From assembly GCF_902713615.1 (NCBI RefSeq), contig NC_052157.1:60724146-60788145 (forward strand): a stretch of 64,000 bases of DNA. The letters run 5' to 3'. This DNA comes from Scyliorhinus canicula (lineage: Eukaryota). Shown piece by piece: positions 25,539-38,797 of the stretch (positions are counted from its first letter, which is position 1; every line of letters begins with the position of its first letter). A program made the translations under genes and the position numbers. The notes beneath the pieces are model-generated. The model had not been told where the DNA came from, searched no databases, and was given only the letters and a program-made list of their open reading frames with translations.

Positions 25539-27794
25539 TGTTGGTCGTTCTGGGTGAGTGTGCTTAACACTCAATCTGGCTCTGTTTCTTTACCTAGCTC
25601 TGGAGTCGCCAGGTATCGTTAAGACACCGCCACAAACCAACTGCGGCAGCAATTTGGCCTGTACAAAATGTCGGACAAGGCTCCCATCTGCAACAACCAT
25701 AGGTTCAAACCAGCACTGACTGACGCCACCTTCAAAAGGTGGAGACAGGACGGGGGGACACTGATAGTCAGGGACCTATACACGGACGACAGGATCGCAA
25801 CACTGGACGAACTGACAGAGAAATTTCAGCTAGCTGGGGGGAACGAGCTACGGTACCTGCAGCTCAAAAACTTCCTACGAAAGGAGACAAGGACGTACCC
25901 ACAACCGCCACGACAGACACTACTGGAAGACCTACTGGACGCAAGTATCCTAGAGAAAGGGAACTGTAGTGACATGTATGACCGACTGGTAGATAGGGAC
26001 GACACCGTACTGGACGCAACAAGAAGGAAATGGGAGGACGACCTGGGGATGGAGATAGGCTGGGGACTCTGGAGCGAAGCACTGCATAGGGTCAACTCCA
26101 CCTCCACGTGCGCAAGGCTCAGCCTGACGCAACTAAAAGTGGTACATAGAGCCCACTTAACGAGAAACCGTATGAGTAGGTTCTTCCCGGAGGTGGAGGA
26201 CAGATGTGAGCGGTGCCAAAGAGGCCCGGCCAACCACGCCCCATGTTCTGGTCTTGCCCCAGACTTGTGGAGTACTGGACAGCCTTCTTCGAGGCTATGT
26301 CCAAAGTGGTGGGGGTGAGGGTGGAGCCATGCCCGATAGTGGCGGTCTTCGGGGTTTCAGACCAGCCAGATCTATTCCTGGGGAGGAGGGCGGACGCCCT
26401 TGCCTTTGCCTCCCTGATCGCCCGCCGTAGAATCCTGTTTGGCTGGCGGTCAACAGCACCGCCCAGAGCTGCAGACTGGCTGTCCGACCTCTCGGATTCT
26501 CTCCAAATGGAGAAAATCAAATTCGCCATCCGAGGGTCGGACGACGGCTTCCACAGAACGTGGGAGCCATTCATGCAATTGTTCCGGGATCTGTTTGTGG
26601 CCAACGTATAAGAGGAAGAATAGTCGGGGGAAGGTAGCCGGCGGGGAGGGGGGGGGGGCTACGGGCTCGTTACGGGGGTTTGATGGCTAGCTAAGGCCCA
26701 AAACCAAACTAAATAAATGCCAATAAACATGTTGGGGAATGTAAAATATGTGTGCCGGAAAAAGGGGGAGGCCACAGTTATTACTACGAAGATGCTCACC
26801 TGTAAATGTATATGTTAATTTTTGCGTGTTTTTTTTTTCTCTCTCTAACAATTTGTAATTTGTTCAATATAAAACGTGAAAACTGAATAAAAAACATTTA
26901 TAAAAAATTTTTTTTTAAAAAAGACACCGCCACAAGTTCAAGGTGAAGTTCAAAGCAATAAAACCATACACCAATTAGTAAGTCCAAACAACTGAGTTTA
27001 TTATAATACAATTATAATAACTACCCATGCACACGCTAAAAGGATTAAACTTATTCCTACCACTAAATAAACTAATACTTATCTTGAAGGAACTGCCGGG
27101 TCAGGGAACAAGGCCTCTTGCTCTGCTCTGGTCTGCAGACTTCAGGTTGGTATAAGTTAAAAGGGGTCAGGAGTGTCTATCTCTGGTAGTGATCGTTGTG
27201 AGACACTTACTTGCTGGCGGCTGCTGTCCGAACCCTCTCCTCTCTCGCGTTCAAGGTCTTCTTGGCAAAAGCTGGTCGAGGTGCTGGTCCACGGAGGAGT
27301 GCTAGTCAAAGAGAGAGGAGGGCTGGACGAGAAGGCTGAACCATGTGTGGGACCTGTCTTTTATAGGTCCCAGGGATCCACGCCCCTTTGGGCTGACTCC
27401 CTTACCTGCTTGGAATCGATTGGGTCTCTTCCCAATCGATATGTTTGAATCCCCCCAATACTGAGGCTGTTCCTTAGCTACTGGGCGGGCCTTCAGGCTC
27501 TTTGTTTTCGAACCTTGCTGGTGCCTGAGTGTCTGGTATCCTTTACAATGTTGCAGTTGCTTCCCCAATTGTGTCCATTGTCTCTGGAATCGTTCCATTA
27601 ACATGCTAATTATCCCGGTGATTGCCTTATTAGTATGCGGAATGTTCGTTTCGGTGCTGTCTGCTTTCTTAGCAGACAGAATCCACACCTGCTAGGTGCA
27701 GCCTGCTGGGGCTGCAAACATTGTACATTTTATCCTGTATGCTTTGAGTTCCTCCATTTTGTATTTAGGGAAATGGCCAACTTCGGTGGCTACA
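25539..27794 (-). mobile_element. Solo LTR carrying an L1 insertion
   Basis: TG...CA termini; perfect TSD GATA. Confidence 0.88.
25636..26920 (+). mobile_element. 5'-truncated L1 with 15-bp TSD
   Basis: TSD AAGACACCGCCACAA at 25621-25635 and 26921-26935; ORF2 C-terminus (SSTCARLSLTQLKVVHRAH, EKIKFAIRG); A-rich tail. Confidence 0.9.
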
Positions 27795-28226
27795 GATACA
27801 CGTCCAAGGTAAATGCACTGGGTCTTGTGAAGGCTGCCCGAGAGGTGCTCTGAGCCCCACCTCCTGCACCCAACACCGGGAGACAGATGGAACATTTCTG
27901 TGGCAATTTTAAAGTTCAGGCATGTACTATTTATGACAAGTTTCCTGTGCAACAAGAACAATTCTGGTCATCAAGTATTTTAAATGAAAATATATCAGTG
28001 CCGCACTTCGAAACAAGTAAATTGCAAAACATATATAAAATTCACTTTTTCCACAGGATTGTGCGGAATGCCGGTTTATATCCGGGTCAATGTTTCTCTC
28101 CACAGACATCAACCACTTATAGACCCAATCCCGTGAGTTTCCCAACAGGAGGGTTTGGTTAAAATTGTACTGAGACTTTTCACACAGAATTCCAGAAACA
28201 CTAATGCCAGTGGGAATCAGGAACCT

Positions 28227-28240
28227 TCAGAGCGCTGTAT
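28227..28240 (-). CDS. B7-like gene, candidate alternative terminal exon B (D-T-A-L-stop)
   Basis: Same polypyrimidine acceptor as copy A; TGA conserved. Confidence 0.35.
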
Positions 28241-28459
28241 CTGAGGGACAGGAAGGTGAGTTTCAGAACCAGAAATAACTATTCCAGGTAGTTTAAGGAC
28301 CAGTTACAGGTAAGTGACCCATACCCCTCACTCTCACACAATCATTCTTTGGTAAAATATCACACAGCGTTTCAAACCTTCCAATATTACTACCTGTCAA
28401 TCCAGCATGATCAAATGTAAGAGCTGAAAACACATTGAGTAGTTTAGAAACAGATTTAC

Positions 28460-28498
28460 CTGGTACAGGTGTGTTTGGTCCAGGTGTCCGAGTTCGCT
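28460..28498 (-). CDS. B7-like gene, 39-bp stalk exon copy B (ERTRTPGPNTPVP)
   Basis: tgttttcttcag|AG...CAG|gtaaat; phase 1-1. Confidence 0.65.
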
Positions 28499-28959
28499 CT
28501 GAAGAAAACATCATGTGTTTAATATTGTGTGTTAAACAAACTGCAGAAATGTTCAAAGACTCTATCGGACTTTAGGAAAACACATCCAGGGAGGAATGAG
28601 ACTCGGTTCAAACTGATCATATCGGATCATGAACAGGGTCAGCAGAGTGGAAAGTCCAACAGGATTGCATTCACTGTGAGGGGTAGAATGGACGTTTTCC
28701 AGAGTTACCCTGAGCAGGATTATTCCCAGCAGCCTACATCTCCCCTGTGGAGAGAATCCACACAGGATTCTGGGCTTACTGGGATACACTTTCAAGGCAA
28801 GTGCACTGGGTCTTGTAAAAGCTGCCTGAGAGGTGCTCTGAGCCCCGTCTCCGGCACCCCAACATCTGGAGATAGAAGGAGGATGTTTCTGGAGAGTGAG
28901 TGCAACTTAATAACACCATTAACTCCTTCCATCACCCAGTTTGACAGCTTTGTCCTTCA

Positions 28960-29170
28960 GGACTCGGCCAACTCGGTGACTGGTGGTATTACCGAGACAC
29001 CCTTGATAATGGACAGTGAAGTCTCACTCAGTACATTCTGCGTCCATGTTACCCTCAGTGCTTCCTCCAAGTGATGTTCAACATGGAGGAGAACTGGTTC
29101 ATCAGCTGAGGGAGGGCAGTAGGTGATAATCAGCAGGGTTCCAGGCCCATGTTTGACCTGAAGCTGTGAG
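28960..29170 (-). mobile_element. Old CR1/L2-type endonuclease fragment
   Basis: HLEEALRVTWTQNVL remnant, then decayed. Confidence 0.45.
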
Positions 29171-30101
29171 ATTTCATGGGGTTAATTGTGACAATAATAA
29201 AGATTATTATTATAATAATAAATTAATGGCACAGGAAATACCCAAGGATGGCGACAGAGGAGTCTGGGATGTAGGGTTGATTCTGTGAGTATGACTATGT
29301 CACACAGCTCTCCCAACCTGGACCCCAGTCCCCAGAATGTTAGTGGGGGGACTTTGCAATGTTGACTGGGCTGGGCGTGTCTGTGTTTCCTCGAGAGCTG
29401 GGTCACAGCCATTGTTGATTCATTCCTTGTATATTATAAAATGGATTCATTTCGAACTTCCCTCTGACATACCGGGCCACCTCACCCAGGTTATTGTGGG
29501 AGTGGAGTCACATATAGACCAGACTGGTAAGGAGGCAGTGGCAAAGTGATATTGTCACTGGACCAGTAATCCAGAGATCCAGAGTAATGCTGTGGGGAAC
29601 TGGTTTCAAATCCCACCACGGCAGATGGGGAAATTTGAATTCAATAAAAAACCTGGAATTAAAAGTCTAATGATGACCATGAAACCATTGCCAATTGTCG
29701 TAAAAAGCCATCTGGTTCACCAATGTCCTTGAGGGAAGGAAATCGGTCATCCGAACCTGGTCTGACCTACATGTAACTCCAGGCCAACAGCAATGTGGTT
29801 GACTCTTAAATACACTCAGGGATGGGCAATAAATACTGGTCCAGCCAGCGATGCCCACATCCCATGAACGAACAAAATAAAAAGACAGCAGGGGCATCAC
29901 GGTGGCTCAGTGGTTAGCACTGCTACTTCACAGCGCCAGGGATCCGGGTTCAATTCTCGCCTTGTCTGTGTGGAACAAAAAACAAAGAAAAGTACAGCAT
30001 AGGAACAGCCCTTCGGCCCTCTAATCCTGCGCCGACCATGCTGCCTGTCTAACCTGAAACCTTCTACACTTCTGGGCTTCATATCCCTTCATATCCCTCT
30101 A

Positions 30102-32226
30102 CAGTAGTCCCCCGTTATACCGCGCTCCGCAATACCACGGTTCGCGATATGCGGCGGGGGGGGGGCTTATGGACCCCAACTTACTTGACTCATTTTAAAC
30201 TCTTTTTGAAACAGCACCTTTTTTAGCCGCGATGATTACCCGCGATGATTAGAACGATTAGCCGCGATGAGTAGCCGCGACTGATTAGCCCGATTACCCA
30301 GCCATAAAAGGGATACCTTTTCCAGTGCAGGTATCTTCGAGTTCAGTTACTGTCGTTCAAAATGTTTAAGCGCAAGTCTTACACAGTAAAGCAAAAGATA
30401 CATTCGATAGACCGGCTTCGAAACGGCGAAACAAAGGCAAAATTATCCAGAGAGACTGGTGTACCAGAGTCAACCCTCCGTGGGTGGGTGAAAGATGAGC
30501 CCAATTTAAGAACATATGTTGGGACAGTTTCTCAGAGTGAAGGGCTTACCAGGAAAAAGGCAAGGAACGCTAGTGACATTAACTTGGAGAACGCTGTGTT
30601 CACCTGGTTTGTCCAGGAACAGTCTGGTGGCACCCCCCTATCTGGACGTATCATCAGGACTCAGGCTGAGAAGTTCCATCACCAGCTCCACCCAGAGGAC
30701 AGCAATTTCGTAGCCAGCAAGGGTTGGCTCCATCGGTTCCAGAAAAGACATGGGATAGGTGCAGTTACCATCAGTGGTGAACAGAGATCCTCCGACTCAG
30801 GAGCAGCAGCAGCCTTTCCCGACATCCTCAAGAACTACATGGTGCAAGAGGAGCTGACCCCAGAGCAACTCTACAATGCAGATGAGTCAGGGCTCTACTG
30901 GAAGATGCTGCCTGACAAGACCCTAGCTGTCAAGGATGATGCCCACAAGACTCTGGGGTACAAGCAAGCCAAGAACAGGCTCACCATCCTGTTTGCCAGC
31001 AATGCCACGGGAACACACACGCTGAAGCCATTGATTGTGGGCAAATTAAAGTCTCCTAGATGCTTTCACCACATCAACATGGAGAACCTACCCATTACCT
31101 ACCGGAACTCTGGCAAAGCCTGGATGACAGCTTCCTTATTTGAGGAGTGGTTCTTCAAGGTCTTCGTACCCAGTGTCAGGGACCACGTTAGTGCCCGCAA
31201 CTTACCGCAGAAGGCCACACTCCTACTGGACAACTGCTCAGCCCACCCTCAGGGAGATGTTCTCAAGACCAGGGATGGGCAGATCCAAGTGCTCTATTTC
31301 CCAAAGAACACCACCAGCAAGATCCAGCCATGTAATGCTGGCATCATTCAGACCTTCAAGTCTGTGTTCAAAAAGGAACTGATCCTGGAAATTATAGACT
31401 CTCCTCTCACTGTCCCAGATTACCTGAAAGCCATTACCATCAAGGATGCCTGTTATCTGGCAGGGAAGGCCTGGGGAGCTGTGACGGAGAAGACCATCGC
31501 CAACTTCTGGAACAAGGCCCTAGGAGCAGCACTCCCACGACCCCAACATTACCCAGATGAAGAGGACTTTGTAGGCTTTACTGAAGCAGAGACCAGGGCA
31601 GCTGAGGAGAGGCTAGAGGACCACCTGGATGAGAACCTAACACTCCAGGATTGGGTGAACAGGTGGTCAGCAGCAGAGGACGACATGGCGCCCGCAGAAA
31701 CATTCACAGAGGAGGAGATCATTGACCAGGTCACCCAAGAGGAGGCAGAAGAAGAAGAAGAACTCCAGCCCACAGTGGCAAAGAGCCACTCGGATGCCAT
31801 CACGCACCTGAAGTGGCTCATAGCATACACAGAGCAACAGGACTTCGACCCCATATACATCCTACACCTGAAGAACCTCCAGAGGCAAGCACAAGTCAAG
31901 ATGAGGAAGGGGATGTGCCAGAAGAAACTCACAGACTTTTTAAAATGATTTTTAAAAATATGCTTGTAAGTACAATTTTAAGTATATTATTGTATGTATA
32001 TATTATTGTATATATTTTAATAAATTTAAAACTTGATTTAAGACTTGAACGAACTTTGATGTTTTTTATTTAAAACGCCCTTCCATTCAGCAATGTTCAG
32101 CACAGTCAGCGATGTTTCCTCTCGTTCATTCATTTGGATATCCGCCATTTTGGATATCCGCGGCTCGGATACAACGCGGGTGGCTGTCTTGGACCAGAAC
32201 ACCCGCGGTATAACGGGGGACTACTG
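30102..32226 (+). mobile_element. Full-length Tigger/pogo (Tc1-mariner superfamily) DNA transposon
   Basis: Perfect 23-bp TIR CAGTAGTCCCCCGTTATACCGCG; TA TSD on both sides; single internal transposase ORF. Confidence 0.95.
30362..31948 (+). CDS. Pogo/Tigger transposase, 528 aa (psq-type HTH, CENP-B HTH, DDE_1)
   Basis: ASKGWLHRFQKRHGI, YNADESGL, LLLDNC, IQPCNAG; uninterrupted ORF. Confidence 0.92.
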   Translation: MFKRKSYTVKQKIHSIDRLRNGETKAKLSRETGVPESTLRGWVKDEPNLRTYVGTVSQSEGLTRKKARNASDINLENAVFTWFVQEQSGGTPLSGRIIRTQAEKFHHQLHPEDSNFVASKGWLHRFQKRHGIGAVTISGEQRSSDSGAAAAFPDILKNYMVQEELTPEQLYNADESGLYWKMLPDKTLAVKDDAHKTLGYKQAKNRLTILFASNATGTHTLKPLIVGKLKSPRCFHHINMENLPITYRNSGKAWMTASLFEEWFFKVFVPSVRDHVSARNLPQKATLLLDNCSAHPQGDVLKTRDGQIQVLYFPKNTTSKIQPCNAGIIQTFKSVFKKELILEIIDSPLTVPDYLKAITIKDACYLAGKAWGAVTEKTIANFWNKALGAALPRPQHYPDEEDFVGFTEAETRAAEERLEDHLDENLTLQDWVNRWSAAEDDMAPAETFTEEEIIDQVTQEEAEEEEELQPTVAKSHSDAITHLKWLIAYTEQQDFDPIYILHLKNLQRQAQVKMRKGMCQKKLTDFLK

Positions 32227-32999
32227 TATTCCTATATTTGTCAAGGCACCCCTTAAACATCACTATCGTACCTGTTTCCACCACCTCCTCCAGCAGCGAG
32301 TTCGAGGCACCTATACCCTCTGCAAAAAAACTTGCTACGCATATCTCCTCTAAAAAAATTCCTTCGCACATCTCTTCTCAACCTATGTCCCTTAGTAATT
32401 GATTCTTCCACCCTGGTAAAAAGCTTCTGATTATCAACTTTGTCCATGCCTTTCATAATTTTTAGACTTTTATCAGGTCGCCCCTTCACCTCCGTCGTTC
32501 CAGTGAGACCACACCGAGTTTATCCAACCTCTCCTTATAGCTAATGCCCTTCATACCAGGCAACATCCTGGTAAACATGGAGTTTGCACCTTCTTCCTGT
32601 GTCTCCGTGGGCTTCCTCTGAGTACTCCGGGTTCCTCCCGCAGTCCAAAGATATGCAGGTTAGGTGGATTGGCCAATCTTTTGAGGTCAACCGAATATAA
32701 CAACGGAAACAAACTTGTGGATAAAGCAAAAAAGGGCCACTCCTGATAGGAGCACTGCCCGGATGTAACAAAGATCAACAGAAACATAAAAACATTAAAT
32801 AAGAGTACAATTAAAAGAGTCAATAAAGCATCCCGACCCCTGCGACGCCCACTGGGCACAGAATGCCTCAATGGTGCTTGTGGACACTAGGTGTATTGGC
32901 CATGCTAAATTGCCCCTTGGTGTCCAAAGATGTGCAGATTAGAAACATAGATATTCATTGACTTCCGATGGAGGCCATGGTGTGAGTGGTCGCACAATT

Positions 33000-35900
33000 G
33001 ATAGCTCCCGCTCGTGGCGGTTTTTTCAGGCCCTTTCCCCAGTTAACGGTGGATGTGGAGGGAATAAGGTGCAGGAGTGCTGGTAGAAGAGAGTGGCCCA
33101 TTGGTTCATGGAGCTGAGGACCGGAAGCAGTCGCAAGAGGGGAACAGACTGCAAAAATTGGTGCAGTGTCTGCGACGCACGTGGAGATGGCGGTAAGGCA
33201 GGGAGCGGCCCTGCCGGCTCAGTGGCCAACAGAGCAGCTGGTGAGTTTCCTGATCGGGAAATTCACGCAGCAACGTGAAAAAGCAAAGGAGAATCTGGAG
33301 GACGTGGCCAGGGCAGTGGACTCGATTAAGGCCGTGATCGACCGCGTGGAGACAAGGTTGGAGGCGCAGGGTCAGGTGATCTAGAAAGTGGAGGAAGCGG
33401 TGGGGGGGGCATGAGGGGCAGCTCGCCTCGATGGCAGAGATGGGGCTGGGGATCAGCAGAGGCGGATGCAGGAGAAAGTCGAGGGCCTGGAGAACCGGTC
33501 ACGAGGGCAGAAGTCGTGGGCCTGTTGGAGGGAGGTGAGGGGGCAGAGCCGGTACATATGTGGGGAGGATGCTGGAGAAGCTGCTGGGTGAGGGAGCATT
33601 TGCACGACCTCTGGAAGTGGATCGTGCGCATAGGTCGCCAATGAGGAAGGCCCAGGCGAACGAGCCGCTGAGGGTGATGGTGGTGCGATTGCACTGATTC
33701 CTGGACAAGAATCGGATCTTGAGATGGACCAGGCAGACGAGGCATTGCATCTGGGAGGGCAGTGAAATCCACATGTACCAGGACCTGGGTGCAGAGCTGG
33801 CCAGGAGGAGAATGAGCTTTAATAAGGCCAAGGCGGCCCTCTTCAAGAAGTGGGTGAAGTTCGGGATGCTGTACCCGGCATGCTTGTGGGTGACCTATGG
33901 AGGCGGGAATTATACTTTGGGAATTCGGAGGGGGTGATGGAATTTACCTGAGACAATGGACTGGTAGGAAAAGGAGGACATTGAACTTTGGTGGAGATGC
34001 TTTTGCTCTGTGTTTACACTGTGTTTGGCGCCATTATTTTGCTTCAGGTTTGTTTCTGTTCTTTTTTGGAAGATGGGCGGGGGGTTGTTCCCCTCGATTG
34101 AGCTTCGGGTGGGGATGTTTTTGTTCGCACTAGCAGGCTGATTGGACGGTGGGGGGGGGGGAAATCAGTGGGAGGTGGGATTCTAGGCGCTATGGGCGGG
34201 CTGCCAGGCTAGTTCACGGAAGCGCAGTGGGGGGTGAGCGGGAGGTTAGCGCGGGGTGGGGAGGTTGTTGTTTTGGAGACTTGATGGCTGGGGGGGGGGG
34301 GAAAGAGGAGGGGACATACTGCTGACAGGGGAGGGGCTTCTAAAAGGTAACAGGAGGAGGATCGATGACGGTGGAATTTTACAAGATGTTCTCAGGGGTG
34401 TTGTGACCGCTGCTGATGAGGAGTGTTAACGAGGCAAGGGAGCTGGGAGTGCTCCCCCCACCCCCGACCTTGTTACAGGCTTCAATCTCCCTCATTTTAA
34501 CGCGGGATAAAGACCCGGAACAATGTGGGTCACATAGGCTGATCTCCCTGCTAAATGTAGATGCCAAAATATTTGCTAAGATCTTGGCTTCGAGAATAGA
34601 AAATTGTGTGCCAGGGGAGATAGGGGAGGACCAGATGGGTTACTTGAAGGGGAAGCATCTGGCGGCCAACATCAGGAGATTACTCAACGTGATCATGATG
34701 CCTGCAGGGGTGGGAGGTGGAGGTGGTGATCGCCATGGATGCAGAGAACGCCTTTGATCGAGTGGAGTGGGAATATCTGTGGGAGGTCTTGGGACGGTTT
34801 GGGTTTGGGCAGGGATTTGTGGACTGGGTCCAGTATATCAGGCACCGGTGGCATGTGTGCAGACGCACCGGGTGAGTTCAGACTGTTTTAGGCTGCACCG
34901 GGAGACGAGGCAGGGGTGCCCACTTTCTCCACTGCTGTTTTCCCTGGCTGTGGACCCATTGGCAGTGGCACTGATAGCATCGGAGGCCTGGCAGGGGATA
35001 TTGCGGGATGGGTGGGTGGAGGGCTGGGGGTCTCGCTATATGCAGATGATTTACTGCTATATATTTCAGACTCGCTGGTGGGATAATGGGGATATTAGGG
35101 GAATTTGGTCGGTTTTCGGCGTATAAATTGAATATGGGTAAGAGTGAGGTCTTTGCGTTTAGGCGAGGGACAGGAGAAGAGATTGGGAGAGATGCCGGTC
35201 AAGGTGGTAGGAGGAGCTTTCGGTATTTGGGTATCCAGGTGGCACGGGAGTGGGGACTGCTGCACCAGCTGAATCTGGGTCGGTTGGTCGAACAGATCAG
35301 GGGGGACTTTCGGTGGTGGGATGCGCTCCTGCTGTCATTGGCGGGGCGGGTGCAGACAGTGAAGATGACAGTCCTCCCGAGATTCCTGTTCGTCTTTGAG
35401 AGCCTTCCAATTTTTATCCCCAAGGCGTTCTTCAAAAAAGTAAATGCGGTCATCTCGGGATTTGTGTGGGCAGGTAATACCCCGCGGGTGAAGAAGGTGC
35501 TGCTGGAGCTGGGGCATGGGGTGGGAGGGAAGGCCCTTCCGAATTTTAGAAATTATTATTGGGCGGCGAATATTGGGATGGTCAGGAAGTGGGTAGTGGG
35601 GGAGGGGTCAGTTTGGGAGTGGGTGTAGGCAGCTTCATGTAAAGACACGAGTTTGGGGGCACTGTTAACGGCACCTCTGCCGTTCTTGCCGGCCCGATAG
35701 TCCAGAAGCCCAGTAAAAGTGGCAGCCCTGGGGCAGCACGGTGGCTAGCATTGCTGCCTCACGTCGCCACGGTCCCAGGTTCGATTCTGGCTCTGGGTCA
35801 CTGTCCGTGTGGAGTTTGCACATTCTCCCCGTGTCTGTGTGGGTTTCGCCCCCACAACCCAAAGATGTGCAGAGTGGGTGGATTGGCCACACTAAACTGC

Positions 35901-37075
35901 CCCTTAATTGGAAAAATGAATTGGGTACTCCAAATTTATAAAAACAGAAAATAAAAGTGGCATCCCTGAGGGTGTGGGGACAGTGGCGGCAATACATGGG
36001 GCTGGAGGGGGCATTGGTGTGGGCACCGATATGTGGTAACCATCGGTTCGCTCCGGGGGGGCTGGATGGGGGGCTCCCGAGGTGGCAGTGGGCGGAAATC
36101 AAGAGATTTTTTATTGATGAGAGCTTCCCGAGCTTGGAGGACCTGGAGGAGGAGTTTGAGTTAGAGGTGGTAATGGGTTCGTATCTGCAAGTGAGGGACT
36201 TTGTTCGGAGACAGGATTCGACCTTCTCGGACCTGCCACCCCAGGGGCTACAGGATAAGGTGGCGTCGAGAGTAGGAGTAGGGGAGGGGAAGGTTTCAGA
36301 GATATACAAAAAACTGATGGAGTGGGTGGGAGCCACGATAGGGGAGGTGAAGAGAAAGGGGGAAGAAGAGCTGGGTGGAGAGTTGGAGGCCGGATTATGG
36401 GAGGAGGTCCTGAGGCAAATCAATGCATCCTCATCGTGCCCCAGGCTCAGCCTGATACAATTTAAGGTGGTCCACAGGGTGCAATTGACTGTGGCCCAGA
36501 TGAACAGTTCTTTGAGGGGGCGGAGGAGAGGTGTGGGCGCTGTGCGGGAGGACCTGCGAACCATGTCCATATATTTTGGGCATGTCCGAGGCTGAGGAGT
36601 ATCTGGCAAGGGTTTGCTGACGTCATGTCCGAAGTTTTAATGGTGAAGGTGGTGCTGAGTCCAGCGGTGGTGATCTGTGGCGTGTCGGAAGATCCGGGAG
36701 CCCAGGGCTGAGAGAGGCCGATGTTTTGGCCTTTGCCACCTTGGTCGCCAGGTGATGGATCCTACTAGGATGGAGAGACTCAGAGCCCCCAAAGTCAGGG
36801 GTATGTTTTAGCGACAAGGCGGGGTTTCTCAGAGTCGAGAAAATCAAGTTCGCCTTGAGGGGTTCGCTTCAGGGGTTTGCCCGGAGGTTTCAGCCGTTCA
36901 GCAACTTCTTTGAGAAAAACAAAAATTAAGCTGAGGAAGGAGGTCCTGTTTGTGTAAGCCATGTTGGTTGGGGTTTGTTATTGGATGGGTGTGTTGTTTA
37001 TCTTCTTTTGTCCCTGTTGATACCTGATGGTTAAAATTATAAATGCCTCAATAAAATATTTTCCCAAAAAAAAGA
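33000..37075 (+). mobile_element. Degenerate L1 (ORF1, internally deleted ORF2, 3'UTR, A-tail) with a SINE at ~35729-35957
   Basis: VKFGMLYPACLW; DKDPEQCGSHRLISLLNVDAK; VLPRFLFVF; QFKVVHRV; AATAAA plus A-run at ~37050-37073. Confidence 0.8.
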
Positions 37076-37598
37076 TAGATATTAGATGCAGGAGTAGGCC
37101 ATTCGGCCCTTTGAACCTGCATCACCATTCAATATGATAACAGCTGAACATGCAAATTCAGTACACCACTCCCGCTTTCTCTCCATACCCCTTGATCCCT
37201 TTAGTGGCAAAGGCCACGTCCAGCTCTCTCTTGAGTATGTCCAACGAACTGGCCCGATAGGTGGGGTTATGGGCTTGGGTGGGGGTGTGGGCCTCGGTAG
37301 GAAGCTCTTTCAGAGGGTCGGTGCAGATTTGACGGGCTGATGGCCTTCTTCTGTACTGTAGGAATTCTATCGCTCCATTGATTAAAGGGACATTAGTAAA
37401 CCAGTTGGATGGGGTTTTACAACAATCCAACAGCTCCATGGTCACTTTTATTGGGACCAATTTTATATTTCCAGATTCTCATTCTCTGGATTATTAGTTC
37501 AGGTCTCTGGATTACTCATCTAGTAACATAATCACTGCACTATTGAACCACGGAAATCAGAGATTAAAAATAGAATCCCTGAAACAGAAACCTCTCAC

Positions 37599-37943
37599 CT
37601 GTCACAGAGAGGTGGACCTCATTAGATTTCAACAAATAATGGACCTCCTCTTTCTTCTTGTAAATCTGACACTCATATTTGTTCTGGTCTGACTTTCTGA
37701 GGTCAGAGATGAGAACTGACCAGTTTCCTTGTTCCAGTTGATCTTTGAACAGGGTTGTTCTGTTTCTGAAACGTGCGTCTTGTTCTGTCAAATCATCGTT
37801 TCCATCGACAAACTGGTGTAAAATTTCAAAAAGCGATATTCCCCAAATCACATGTAAATCGGAGACTGGGACATTCCCTTTGTAGATACAGGGCAGCACA
37901 ACCTGCTCCCCAAGGTACCCAGAAACTGGAACAGGTGAGTCAC
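37599..37943 (-). CDS. B7/butyrophilin-like IgV-set domain exon
   Basis: ttttccag|GT...CAG|gtgaga, 345 nt, phase 1-1; VVLPC...VIW...RFRNRTTLFKDQLEQGNWSVLISDLRKSDQNKYEC. Confidence 0.92.
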
Positions 37944-38797
37944 CTGGAAAAGATTTATCCACAGATATAACCTCCCTGCTTGTACATTAAATCCCAAGCT
38001 TCACATGGTTACACTGGGATGCTGGACTTACAAGAAGCACTGATGAGGAACTCACTGTTTTTATTTCTGTGGGAAGTTTAAAGCTCCAGCATTAATGGCC
38101 TTCAATTAAAACCAGCTTGTGCTGGATATTTGTAAGCACAGAGCAGCTGGACAGCACTTTGCATCACATTTTCCATGCTGGGAGAACACATCAGGATATT
38201 GTTCACCTCCCCTTGGGAGAGAGATCACAGACTGGGGGGGTGGGGGGATGCACAATGTGAGGTGGAGCTCAGGAGCAGAAATCTGACCCTGAAGTGTAAA
38301 GATAGGAACAGGTGCGGAGGGGGTACCCGAGGACAAGAAAGGGTTTTGGACAGGTGGGGGACCAGACTAGTTCACTGTGTAGCACGTGTGGCTGCACCTG
38401 ATGGTCAAAATGTTAACTGTTTCTCTCTCCACAGATGCTGCCAGCCCTGCAGAGCACTTTCTGTTTTTATATATTCTGTTTGATCCAAGGACTGTTCAAG
38501 ACTCATGATCCCAGAGTTCAGGACCTCATCCCAGTCCTTCTGGAGCCCAGTCACCCATCCCAATGTCACCGAGTGTTACTCAGTATTCAGATCCCACTGT
38601 TCACATCTCAGGGGTTAATGTGAAGCTATTAACTGACTTCTTTTCAGCTCCCATTATCATTCTGCGTGATGTGAACCTTCCTGTGTCCACTCCCTCAATG
38701 GCTCCAGTTGCAGTACACACAGCACCTTAAAGCAAGATGAATTCCTGATCCCCCACCCTTTGATCACTGCTGAAATGTTCCAGCAGTCACAACTTAC

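Larger units (their letters stand above)
24675..28880. repeat. Tandem duplication of a ~1-kb host-gene segment (unit A 24675-~27880 with LTR insertion; unit B ~27880-28880)
   Basis: TGTACTATTTAT...CTGGGATACAC...GAGACAG occurs twice; unit B shows the empty LTR site CTGGGATA|CAC. Confidence 0.88.

Noticed and set aside
28529-29074. 181-aa plus-strand ORF
   Set aside because: The paralogous copy at ~25320-25530 has in-frame stops, and the distal part is antisense CR1
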